Source of the DNA: Botryllus schlosseri
Lineage: Eukaryota
NCBI GenBank assembly: GCA_051294905.1
Contig: CM119371.1
Coordinates: forward strand, 35,712,001 to 35,776,000
DNA: 64,000 nt
Reading direction: 5' to 3'
The notes below the pieces were generated by a model that saw only the letters and a program-made list of their open reading frames with translations, did not search any database and had not been told where the DNA came from. Position numbers and translations under genes: made by a program. This document shows positions 52,306 to 60,209 of this stretch, piece by piece (the stretch's first letter is position 1; every line of letters begins with the position of its first letter).

Positions 52306-53123
52306 AACGCAATAGCACGCTTTCGAAATTGCAGTACAGCACTAGACGGTGTACTCCGAAAAGGAATTTTTTCACCCTTATCATTCAACAAAGATATTTT
52401 TATACGTTCCAATCTATTTATATTTACAGGGAAAAAGAAAGGCTTTATGTAGTATTTGGAAAACGCCTTCTTATCTCCCTCGACTTTCACCACTCGCAAT
52501 AGGCGCTGTAATGTACCATTGGATTCTTGCGGTTCAATAATATCGCAATGAACGTATACAAAGTCAATCGACGGTAAGGGTGTTATATCGAAATTGAAAT
52601 GTATTTTTTTCTTTGAGAAAGAATATGCGGATAGCGCTGCTGTATTTGGTAACACGAAAGTCGCGAGAGTGTAGCCATCTGGAATTTCTATATTCTTCAA
52701 CGTTGCTGTATAATCGTTCTCTGCAGTCACGATATTGCATTGCGTATCCACTTCTGGATAAAAGATATCTGTGATGTCTTCGTGTGGAATTGACACAGTT
52801 AGGGTATTGCTCTCAGGAAAACATTTTACTGCTACATCGGGGTTGATACTTTCTATGGTTTTTAACATGGCGTAGAGCGAGTCATATTGTCCAATTTTCA
52901 GGCGGAATCGTCTAAAGCTTTGTTCGATACCCATAATTTGGAATCCGAAGGAAACTTGTGAATCGATGCGTTTTTCAAAATCTCTTGGAAAACTGATCTC
53001 CGTCAGAGCGACTTCATTTCTCTCTACATTTCTTGCCGTCTGCATTTCGTTGACATATTCTGCGGTTGTATTGCCAGGAAACATGTCCATAGAAGCATTG
53101 GAAAATAACGTCACATAACTCAT
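52302..53123 (-). CDS. mCP: Minor capsid protein (penton) copy 1, 273 aa
   Basis: YVTLFSNASMDMFPGNT...EVALTEISFP; VYVHCDIIEPQ..NG...RLLRVV...FFPV...IKISLLNDKG. Confidence 0.9.
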   Translation of the reverse strand: MSYVTLFSNASMDMFPGNTTAEYVNEMQTARNVERNEVALTEISFPRDFEKRIDSQVSFGFQIMGIEQSFRRFRLKIGQYDSLYAMLKTIESINPDVAVKCFPESNTLTVSIPHEDITDIFYPEVDTQCNIVTAENDYTATLKNIEIPDGYTLATFVLPNTAALSAYSFSKKKIHFNFDITPLPSIDFVYVHCDIIEPQESNGTLQRLLRVVKVEGDKKAFSKYYIKPFFFPVNINRLERIKISLLNDKGEKIPFRSTPSSAVLQFRKRAIAL

Positions 53124-53332
53124 AGTTTAGGTATTTTTGGAGCTGGTAACATATAACCCACACACGACGATAATAACGATACCCAAAGCTCCTTGTTTTC
53201 TTGAACGATTGTTAAATTGTAGAGTGAAAATATCACTATGATCAATATAACCAGGACTTGAGCGATGAATTGATAAAAGTTACGGTTTGACGATATCTTT
53301 TTGATCGACCCAGGAATTGAATTCTGGTCCAT
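53120..53332 (-). CDS. Small two-helix membrane protein typical of Polintons, 70 aa
   Basis: IAQVLVILIIVIFSLYNLT...LWVSLLSSCVGYMLPAP; ATGA overlap with penton copy 1. Confidence 0.8.
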   Translation of the reverse strand: MDQNSIPGSIKKISSNRNFYQFIAQVLVILIIVIFSLYNLTIVQENKELWVSLLSSCVGYMLPAPKIPKL

Positions 53333-54293
53333 ATCCTAGCCATTTCACTAAATACTGACGGTGTTTGCCGCGTTGACGTCTCTTTATAATCTTTTCAATA
53401 CGCCACTCTGTAGGTTCGGTCACCACCTGTAGTTCTTCTCTGTAAAACCTCCCGTCGATGACGTCATGATTATAGTCACGCAAGCGATACATCGGAGGGT
53501 CACCAGCCATTGCGTCGATGATATAAAATATCTCAGTTGTCCAATTGGGTCTACTGCTCTTTTCAAAAAGCCCGCGAATTTTCGAAATGCGTACGGCTGT
53601 TCCTTTCGTTAGTGTGGGAAGTGTAGCTTGTCGAAACCCGTACATTTTTTGCCAAATAGCTTCTTGATTGTGTGAATTGACTTGACTAGGAGCCATACCT
53701 AACGACGTATGTTTGGTGTGATTATAGGAATATACGAAATCCTGTAGCACGTCGATGTATTTACTGGTGTTATTCTTTGTGAAATAGCGGTACAAGATTG
53801 CCTTGAAAGTCCTAATACAGCGCTCGGCGAGAGACGACTTCAATTCGCTTTTTGTGTAAAAGTAACGAACTTTATTTTTCTTGAGAAAGTTTTGAAAAGC
53901 TCGATTGGTATATTCTGTACCTCTATCAGTCTGCAACACTAAAGGCAGCCTCTCATTGAACACTTGTCGGAAAGCAGAAATCATACTGCGACCAGTTTTA
54001 TCTTTAATTGGAATCAACCACACAAACTTTGAAAACGTATCAATAACCAAAGCCAGATATCTAAATCCACGATTGTATTTAGAAATAGACTGCACATCAA
54101 TCAAATCGCTTTGAAACTGACTATCAATTCCAGAGACCACCACCTTCTCGCGAGTAAATTTTTTTCGTATAGGAAAATGCAGGGTATAACTTTGTTCTGA
54201 TTTCAACCATTCTTTGTCTTTCTGTAAATAAGCTCCTCTATAGGAGTTTGGTTTGCGGGGATCGAAATAGTCTCTCGCTAGCGTCATGTCCAT
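53280..54293 (-). CDS. INT: Retroviral-like DDE integrase with C-terminal chromodomain, 337 aa
   Basis: FQSDLID, QTDRGTEY, LAERCIRT (D-D-E); chromodomain WRIEKIIKRR...YLVKWLGYGPEFNSWV. Confidence 0.97.
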   Translation of the reverse strand: MDMTLARDYFDPRKPNSYRGAYLQKDKEWLKSEQSYTLHFPIRKKFTREKVVVSGIDSQFQSDLIDVQSISKYNRGFRYLALVIDTFSKFVWLIPIKDKTGRSMISAFRQVFNERLPLVLQTDRGTEYTNRAFQNFLKKNKVRYFYTKSELKSSLAERCIRTFKAILYRYFTKNNTSKYIDVLQDFVYSYNHTKHTSLGMAPSQVNSHNQEAIWQKMYGFRQATLPTLTKGTAVRISKIRGLFEKSSRPNWTTEIFYIIDAMAGDPPMYRLRDYNHDVIDGRFYREELQVVTEPTEWRIEKIIKRRQRGKHRQYLVKWLGYGPEFNSWVDQKDIVKP

Positions 54294-54745
54294 AACTTTC
54301 CTGTGTAGCGTTGATTCGGCTTTCGTTTGCGCGGACCGTCAATGCTTTGCCAATTAACTGGAGGTTTATTGGCTTTCTTCTTTTTAACTTTTTTCTTTGA
54401 AGTTTTAGGTGTATGGGGTGGAGTTACCGCTTCGTAATTGCTCCAAATCTCGGGTGTTGCGGGTGGAGGTGTCGCGTCAAATGTGTTATTAATAGCGGGC
54501 GCCGCTCCGGGCGGATGCGACGCGGCAATTGTTTCATCGGTAGCGGGCGCTGCGGGTGCGCGGGACGACGACTTGATCAATTTCTTATTTGCACGTAGAT
54601 TTCTCAATAGTCTAATGCCGTGTTGAAATAGTGCTAATTTTTCGGTGCGTGTCAAATCAGAGTCCCTGATGCTTGCGATATGTTCATTGAATTTCTTTTC
54701 GTAGGCGTCTTTTGATTGTAAAGGCGGGAAGTACAATTCACGCAT
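54284..54745 (-). CDS. Basic Pro/Ala/Lys-rich protein, 153 aa (putative core protein)
   Basis: Overlaps both neighbours (10 nt with integrase, 8 nt with the spliced upstream gene); KKKVKKKK and PRKRKP basic tracts. Confidence 0.75.
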   Translation of the reverse strand: MRELYFPPLQSKDAYEKKFNEHIASIRDSDLTRTEKLALFQHGIRLLRNLRANKKLIKSSSRAPAAPATDETIAASHPPGAAPAINNTFDATPPPATPEIWSNYEAVTPPHTPKTSKKKVKKKKANKPPVNWQSIDGPRKRKPNQRYTGKLWT

Positions 54746-55142
54746 GTCTAGTCAATCCACCTAACAGACTTCCAATAATCGGAATTGCAGCACTTAAGAT
54801 CGCTATAAATCATTAAAGTTAGATCATGAATCGAATCGAATCACATATATATTCACCGGATAAAAAGCCACCCTTTTGAAATACTTTTTGCTTCTGTTTT
54901 TGAGATTTACAGCACAGCACTTTGCGAATGTTAGTTTTATGCTTCTTCAGTCGTGCCTTACTCGTACTTGAAATAGCTATATTACCCGAGACAAGATTAC
55001 GAAGACACTCACACACACAGGTAGTAAAAGCTTTGTGAGTTAATAACTCGTTACGCTCCTTCTTTTTAGCACTCTTTAACAGCTTCAACTTGATAAGATG
55101 ATTATTTAAAGTTTTTTTCAAAACACCGCGTGACCTCGCCAT
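54738..55142 (-). CDS. pX-like basic core protein, two exons (54857-55142 and 54738-54802), 116 aa
   Basis: Lys-rich body with CVCECLRNLVSGN; splicing gives QKGG-FLSAILSAAIPIIGSLLGGLTRHA; unspliced form stops at 54819 (107 aa). Confidence 0.82.
54803..54856 (-). other. Spliceosomal intron, 54 nt
   Basis: Donor GTGAAT, branch point CTAAC, acceptor TTTATAG; contains the in-frame stop; removal restores an amphipathic C-terminus. Confidence 0.8.
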
Positions 55143-55176
55143 TGCGAATGATAGTGAATGTTCGAGTACAGCGCTA

Positions 55177-55182
55177 TTTATT
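55177..55182 (-). terminator. Poly(A) signal AATAAA overlapping the ATPase stop
   Basis: Minus strand GAA TAA A. Confidence 0.6.
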
Positions 55183-55798
55183 CCGAATACACGGTCATAC
55201 GTTCGCTTGGAAAAATGTTGCTGCGAAGTCGATACTGTTCGGGTGTTTCCTGCGTCAAATCGACCATGATATAACTATAAGGCTTACGAGTTGCTCTCTT
55301 GTAAGCTTCCGTGAGAAAATTTGGTTTATCTGGAAACATTTGACGTGAAAGATATCGAATCTGGGCAGAATCACGAGGATTTTTCATGATGACAATATAG
55401 TTGCTAGACAGCGTAATGTCACGGAAGCCTGCTCCTCGGTGAAATAGATTTTGACAGAGAAACACCACTGAGAGCGACATGTGATGACTGTATCTGGTGA
55501 ACAGTTCACGCACTTGACTTGCTTGCGTCATCATGTCATCTAGCACAATTAACGTATGTTCACTATTAGCTCTCTGTAAATCTTTCAACTTGTCTAGACC
55601 CTTGTAAAATTGCACTCCTTTCATCTTATCATACAACGGTTGATAGTTATTATATAACCAGATGATCTTTCTCGGTCGAGGTACGATGAGCTTGTCGGCA
55701 TTTTGTATGATTCTATAGGCGAAAACTGTTTTTCCACTGGACGATGCTCCACTAATTATCATACGAAGAGGCGAGTATAAAACACGTGCACGGTTCAT
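55178..55798 (-). CDS. ATP: FtsK/HerA (A32-like) genome packaging ATPase, about 206 aa
   Basis: Walker A GASSSGKT, Walker B LIVLDDMM, RYSHHMSLSVVFLCQNLF; probable start 55798, just after the PolB stop. Confidence 0.95.
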   Translation of the reverse strand: MNRARVLYSPLRMIISGASSSGKTVFAYRIIQNADKLIVPRPRKIIWLYNNYQPLYDKMKGVQFYKGLDKLKDLQRANSEHTLIVLDDMMTQASQVRELFTRYSHHMSLSVVFLCQNLFHRGAGFRDITLSSNYIVIMKNPRDSAQIRYLSRQMFPDKPNFLTEAYKRATRKPYSYIMVDLTQETPEQYRLRSNIFPSERMTVYSE

Positions 55799-55804
55799 TT
55801 TATT
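55799..55804 (-). terminator. Poly(A) signal AATAAA overlapping the PolB stop
   Basis: Minus strand TAA TAAA ATG. Confidence 0.55.
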
Positions 55805-58800
55805 ACAATGAAAGCGGTACAGTATGTATGCCATCCGGCAAAACAACTCTTTTATAGTAACCATACGACAAAGCAGAACGATATTGCTTATAAGTAAAAA
55901 TATTACCATTGAAACAGCGAAACCCAGAATTAATCCCTCCGCAAGTGGAACGGTTTTGCAACACGCCTTCAAAATCCTTGAAGGTCTTAGAGGCGGATTT
56001 ACTCAAACCTTTGGATGAATATTTATCAGTCTCACCCTTGCAGTAATACGTTTTCGAGTTCAATCCAATAAACCCGTGACCCTCCCATTCTACTTTAAAC
56101 AGACCAGGAATTCGTTTAGCATAATTGTAAGCAGCGATACAGCACGGTTCGGTGGTTTTGAAAGCGATCGGATCACGCTCAAAGTCTGCTCGATGCAGCG
56201 CGCAAGCTCTCTGTATGAGCCATTCATCATGAACTTGAAAAAATTCTTTCCTCCGCGAAGGTTTAATCAGGGAGTAGATTGAATCAGCTGATAAACTCAA
56301 ATATTGGCTATCAGTATCTCCCTCCAAATAACTGAAGTCGCATTCCTCTAAATACTCATGTAAAAAGTCATACAGAAACGAAAGCATGCGCAATTTACTG
56401 GAGTTAAAGATGAATAGACCTACAATGATCGGTTGATCAACGTCAATTGAATCTGGTAACGAGCTAACCTCGATCAGATCTTCAGAAAGTTCATCGGCGT
56501 CAATAAAGTTTTTTTTCTGAATGTGTGATTTCAACTCATCACTTTTTACATAAGTATGGTTTCTGTACTTCATTGGGTTCTGTATAGTGGACCCGAACGC
56601 GGAATTTCCGCAGAGCTTGAAGGTCAAGGCCTCCATTTCACGTGCTGGGTCTTTAGGGGTTACATCACCCTTTCGCCTTTGCGTTACGACAGAATTTACA
56701 AACTTTTGAAATGGTCGTTTTGCTTCGTATTCCACGGCTTGATATATGCGTGAAATAATCATACCGTGATCCATGTACCAACCCAACAAATCACTTGTAA
56801 TTAGTTGTTTCTCAGTGAAATAACTAGAGCCCAAAAACTTCTTTGGAAATTTCACGTTGTTTTGACGGGCATATTCGCGCATATGTTCGCCGACATCGCA
56901 TAAATCCACCGAGATATGTTTACAAAATGGCGGAAATTCTGCATATTTTGCTTTTAATTCATCGGGGCAGTACGCATCGACTTCCAATGCACCAAAGAAC
57001 TGTTGATGAAATACGCGATCTAATAGTTGATTCGCAGTGAGATAATATTCTTTTGTTACATTTCTTTGTAGTGACGAAACAAACTGCGCAATGTCAGGGT
57101 TGAGTTTCATGCGATTCCATTCACATTCGCGTATTGATATTATCGTGTATCCCAACTCTTCGAGATAGGCAGTAATTTCTTCTGTTTTAATACGTCGCTC
57201 AATGTTTGCGTCGTCCTTATAGCAGCGATCGCAAAAATGAAAAAAACACCCATGATATTGGAATATCAATTGATATTCAAGCGAAAAGCCATCAACCGAA
57301 ATTTGACGCGAACCAAGTTTAGCTTGCTTGCCATTCCAGGCGTGTTGAATTGAAATACCGCGTTGATAACTTTCATAAGTAAGCCATTCGAGTTCTGCCA
57401 TCGCAGGGTAAATTGGCTTTCTGTGAAATTTTTGTTTGGTTTCGTCATACAACCACCTGATTGGAAATCCACACGGCATGCATTGATCGATGGATGCGAG
57501 GTAGAGCGAATTTGCGTCATATCCGATTATCTTTTTCACGTATTTCGCTGCGTCGCCGTACTGTATTTCACGAATTTTCGTTTCGTCTTTCATTGCAAAA
57601 CGTGTTGATATTTGTGACAAACCGCCAAATAGATTGCTCACTACAGTTTGATGGAGATCAGCATTCGCTTTACTGAACAGCGCGATGTCATAACATTCCG
57701 CAAACATGAGTCGATTGGCTATGCTTGGTAAGCTGATAGCAGATTTGAACATGTCGATACCCAACTTTTGATAAAAGGCAGCGTTATTACCTAACGCAAC
57801 CAGAAAGCCAATCACGTCACTTTCGTTATAAAAAGTTAGAAAGTCTCGCATGGTTTTCATTTGCAGACGATTCCACATATCTATGCATTCTTGGTATTGC
57901 GCCGCGGTGATATTAGTGCCTCGATGACTGCTATAGAACATTTCGTGTGAAGGCAATTGCGTGTCATTCAATTTATCAATACAAGTCATGTACTCGTATG
58001 GAAAATAAAATTTTTTGTCCACGCCATTTCCATAAATTTTCAAGTACGCATCCAAACTATAACCCGGTGACAGAAACAGCGAAATGTCAAGGAATTTCAA
58101 TCGGTTGGTACTGATGGTCAGATATGCGCTGTTTCGTTTCAAAACGAAAAATCCACTTTCTTCTTGCAGTATAGGAATCAAATATTTTTTACAAAGATTC
58201 AAGTCGTAACGAGCCGAGTTGAATCCAATCACAGGTATTTGATCCAACCAAATTTCGAAGTGACGATACAAGCGATCTAAATAGCGTGTTTTGCCTGGTT
58301 CAATTGCATTGCGATGCTCTATTAACATGCGAAAATCTTTCAATTCTTCTTCAAATAACTGGCGCATATGCGAAGATGCGATGTTTTGAATTTCATACAG
58401 TTTTGCCACCATATCGCTAATTAAAACGTTGGGATCACCGTTGGAAATGAGTGTATGCGTTTCATTCGTAACATTATCTGAGAGAGATACCGATACTGCA
58501 ACATGCTTATTAACAATTTCGACTTTCGGTGTGTCAGCTCGAAGATTTTCTTTTTCTAGTAAACTCTCAAAATCATAAGCGATTCTGAAGGGGTAATATC
58601 GTTTTTCAGGGCTAACCAAAATTCCTTGTTCGCCCATTCGCTCAAACACAGTCATCTTAGGGCGATAAATACCGAAACCGTGTCGCTGTTTTTGGGGACG
58701 CTCACAATCAATGCTTTTCATATGCTCTAGCAAATTATTTTTTCTAGTAAAGAAAAATTTACACTTGTCGCACATATAGGTAGACGTGTACAATGTCAGG

Positions 58801-59669
58801 TCCCGGATCAGGCAACAGTGATGATCTTGCATGTGAATAGGTATAGTTATTCCATTAGCATGAGAATTACGCAGCATGACTGTGCCTTGATTACGTTTTT
58901 CATAAAGCAGTATTTGAACTTGAAAACAATCCTCAACTTTTGATAAGTCTTCAAAAGCTACTCCGTTCTCAGTCGAGATATCGTAACGAGCTGTGAATTG
59001 CGCGGCCAATTGCCGAACATGTGTTTCATCTGGCGCTTTTTTCATACTATATGAAATGCATCGAAAAATACATAAAGAATCCTCATATGCTTTGCCTTTA
59101 CGATTACGCAGGAAAGTCATGATATATCTACATTTGCTTAATGCTTGCATCTCCGGGGAAATGGAAGTACTTCCACCGAGTAAAGCTCTATCCATCTCAT
59201 AAATGTAAATAGAAATATGCAACACATCAGCACAGTAGAATTTCGTATCTGGTCGCACTCGATTGGCATATTCAAAACCTGCCGTCAAATCGATCTCATT
59301 CGTGACGGAATCGAAATCTTCGCGCGATATGATAGTTTTAGGGACATTAAAAACCGCTTGAGAACTCTGAGGATGATAATAACTATATCTGGATGTGTCA
59401 CGGTTGAATAATAAGTACCCATACGCGAAATTCATCTTGAACTGACGGTATCTTCTGGGGTAAATGTCTGCAATACGCGCGTGAATTTCGAGCGGACCTC
59501 TTCCGACCATTCGAATGTTGATGATTTCTCGTAAGTTGTTTCTTGAAGTCCATGTCGAATCGATGATGGAATCGTAGTGTCTTTCAATCACCTCAATGCC
59601 GTCTTGTTCGAAACCCAGCGTTTCGTCGACCAGAAATCCACGATCTCCATATCGCCTGCGTCGCGCCAT
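55803..59669 (-). CDS. pPolB: Protein-primed family B DNA polymerase with N-terminal terminal-protein-like and vOTU-like regions, about 1288 aa
   Basis: Exonuclease YDFES and GFNSARYD; polymerase YDANSLY, KLCGNSAFG, GDTDS; DSLCIFRC...HHCCLI (vOTU-like); C2H2 finger CDKC...H; nuclease-like insert VDGF...FQYHGCFFH. Confidence 0.98.
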   Translation of the reverse strand: MARRRRYGDRGFLVDETLGFEQDGIEVIERHYDSIIDSTWTSRNNLREIINIRMVGRGPLEIHARIADIYPRRYRQFKMNFAYGYLLFNRDTSRYSYYHPQSSQAVFNVPKTIISREDFDSVTNEIDLTAGFEYANRVRPDTKFYCADVLHISIYIYEMDRALLGGSTSISPEMQALSKCRYIMTFLRNRKGKAYEDSLCIFRCISYSMKKAPDETHVRQLAAQFTARYDISTENGVAFEDLSKVEDCFQVQILLYEKRNQGTVMLRNSHANGITIPIHMQDHHCCLIRDLTLYTSTYMCDKCKFFFTRKNNLLEHMKSIDCERPQKQRHGFGIYRPKMTVFERMGEQGILVSPEKRYYPFRIAYDFESLLEKENLRADTPKVEIVNKHVAVSVSLSDNVTNETHTLISNGDPNVLISDMVAKLYEIQNIASSHMRQLFEEELKDFRMLIEHRNAIEPGKTRYLDRLYRHFEIWLDQIPVIGFNSARYDLNLCKKYLIPILQEESGFFVLKRNSAYLTISTNRLKFLDISLFLSPGYSLDAYLKIYGNGVDKKFYFPYEYMTCIDKLNDTQLPSHEMFYSSHRGTNITAAQYQECIDMWNRLQMKTMRDFLTFYNESDVIGFLVALGNNAAFYQKLGIDMFKSAISLPSIANRLMFAECYDIALFSKANADLHQTVVSNLFGGLSQISTRFAMKDETKIREIQYGDAAKYVKKIIGYDANSLYLASIDQCMPCGFPIRWLYDETKQKFHRKPIYPAMAELEWLTYESYQRGISIQHAWNGKQAKLGSRQISVDGFSLEYQLIFQYHGCFFHFCDRCYKDDANIERRIKTEEITAYLEELGYTIISIRECEWNRMKLNPDIAQFVSSLQRNVTKEYYLTANQLLDRVFHQQFFGALEVDAYCPDELKAKYAEFPPFCKHISVDLCDVGEHMREYARQNNVKFPKKFLGSSYFTEKQLITSDLLGWYMDHGMIISRIYQAVEYEAKRPFQKFVNSVVTQRRKGDVTPKDPAREMEALTFKLCGNSAFGSTIQNPMKYRNHTYVKSDELKSHIQKKNFIDADELSEDLIEVSSLPDSIDVDQPIIVGLFIFNSSKLRMLSFLYDFLHEYLEECDFSYLEGDTDSQYLSLSADSIYSLIKPSRRKEFFQVHDEWLIQRACALHRADFERDPIAFKTTEPCCIAAYNYAKRIPGLFKVEWEGHGFIGLNSKTYYCKGETDKYSSKGLSKSASKTFKDFEGVLQNRSTCGGINSGFRCFNGNIFTYKQYRSALSYGYYKRVVLPDGIHTVPLSL

Positions 59670-59715
59670 AGATACTAGTATCTGAAAAATATCAAGACAA
59701 TAGTCAGTACATATA

Positions 59716-60120
59716 TTAGAAATTGAATCCATATTTCAAGCGCAGTTTACATTTAATTACACCGTATAGAAACACAAACTTAATTTTTTCAAGACGCTGA
59801 ATCTCAACAATGCAAGCATTCGAGTCACTAGATAGTTTTTCAATGTCTTTCATGGTGTTTTTAACTATGTTTAGAAAATTTTTCGAGTAGTCTTGGTCAA
59901 ATACTTCCATCGAAACAAGTCGATTCCACATAGCTTCCATCTTCAAATCGTCGTCAACTAGACCTTCGATCAAAGACATAGTGTCTTGACGCGAGCGCTT
60001 TCGGCTTTCATTTTGACTCTGATATATCTTGTTCATGTCTTTTCTCGGAGCCTGCATCGTTACACTTTGATGAGGCGCGTTCATATCTAACAAGTCACTT
60101 ATGTCAATGAAGTTATCCAT
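59716..60120 (-). CDS. Hypothetical helical protein, 134 aa
   Basis: ATG preceded by a strong splice acceptor; basic RKRSR motif; no family recognised. Confidence 0.7.
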   Translation of the reverse strand: MDNFIDISDLLDMNAPHQSVTMQAPRKDMNKIYQSQNESRKRSRQDTMSLIEGLVDDDLKMEAMWNRLVSMEVFDQDYSKNFLNIVKNTMKDIEKLSSDSNACIVEIQRLEKIKFVFLYGVIKCKLRLKYGFNF

Positions 60121-60203
60121 ACTGAGCTGCGAACAAAAAAGATTGAATTAGCACTGTATCAACATGCATCAAAAATATTAGTACTAAATCAACATGCATC
60201 AAA

Positions 60204-60209
60204 TTTATT
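60204..60209 (-). terminator. Poly(A) signal AATAAA overlapping the stop of the helicase-like gene
   Basis: Minus strand TGT GAA TAA A; also lies inside a putative donor GTGAAT. Confidence 0.55.

Noticed and set aside
59670-59732. PolB start at 59732 (MDSISN...)
   Set aside because: The extension overlaps the upstream gene and consists largely of branch-point and polypyrimidine acceptor sequence; ATG 59669 or a spliced 5' end is more plausible.
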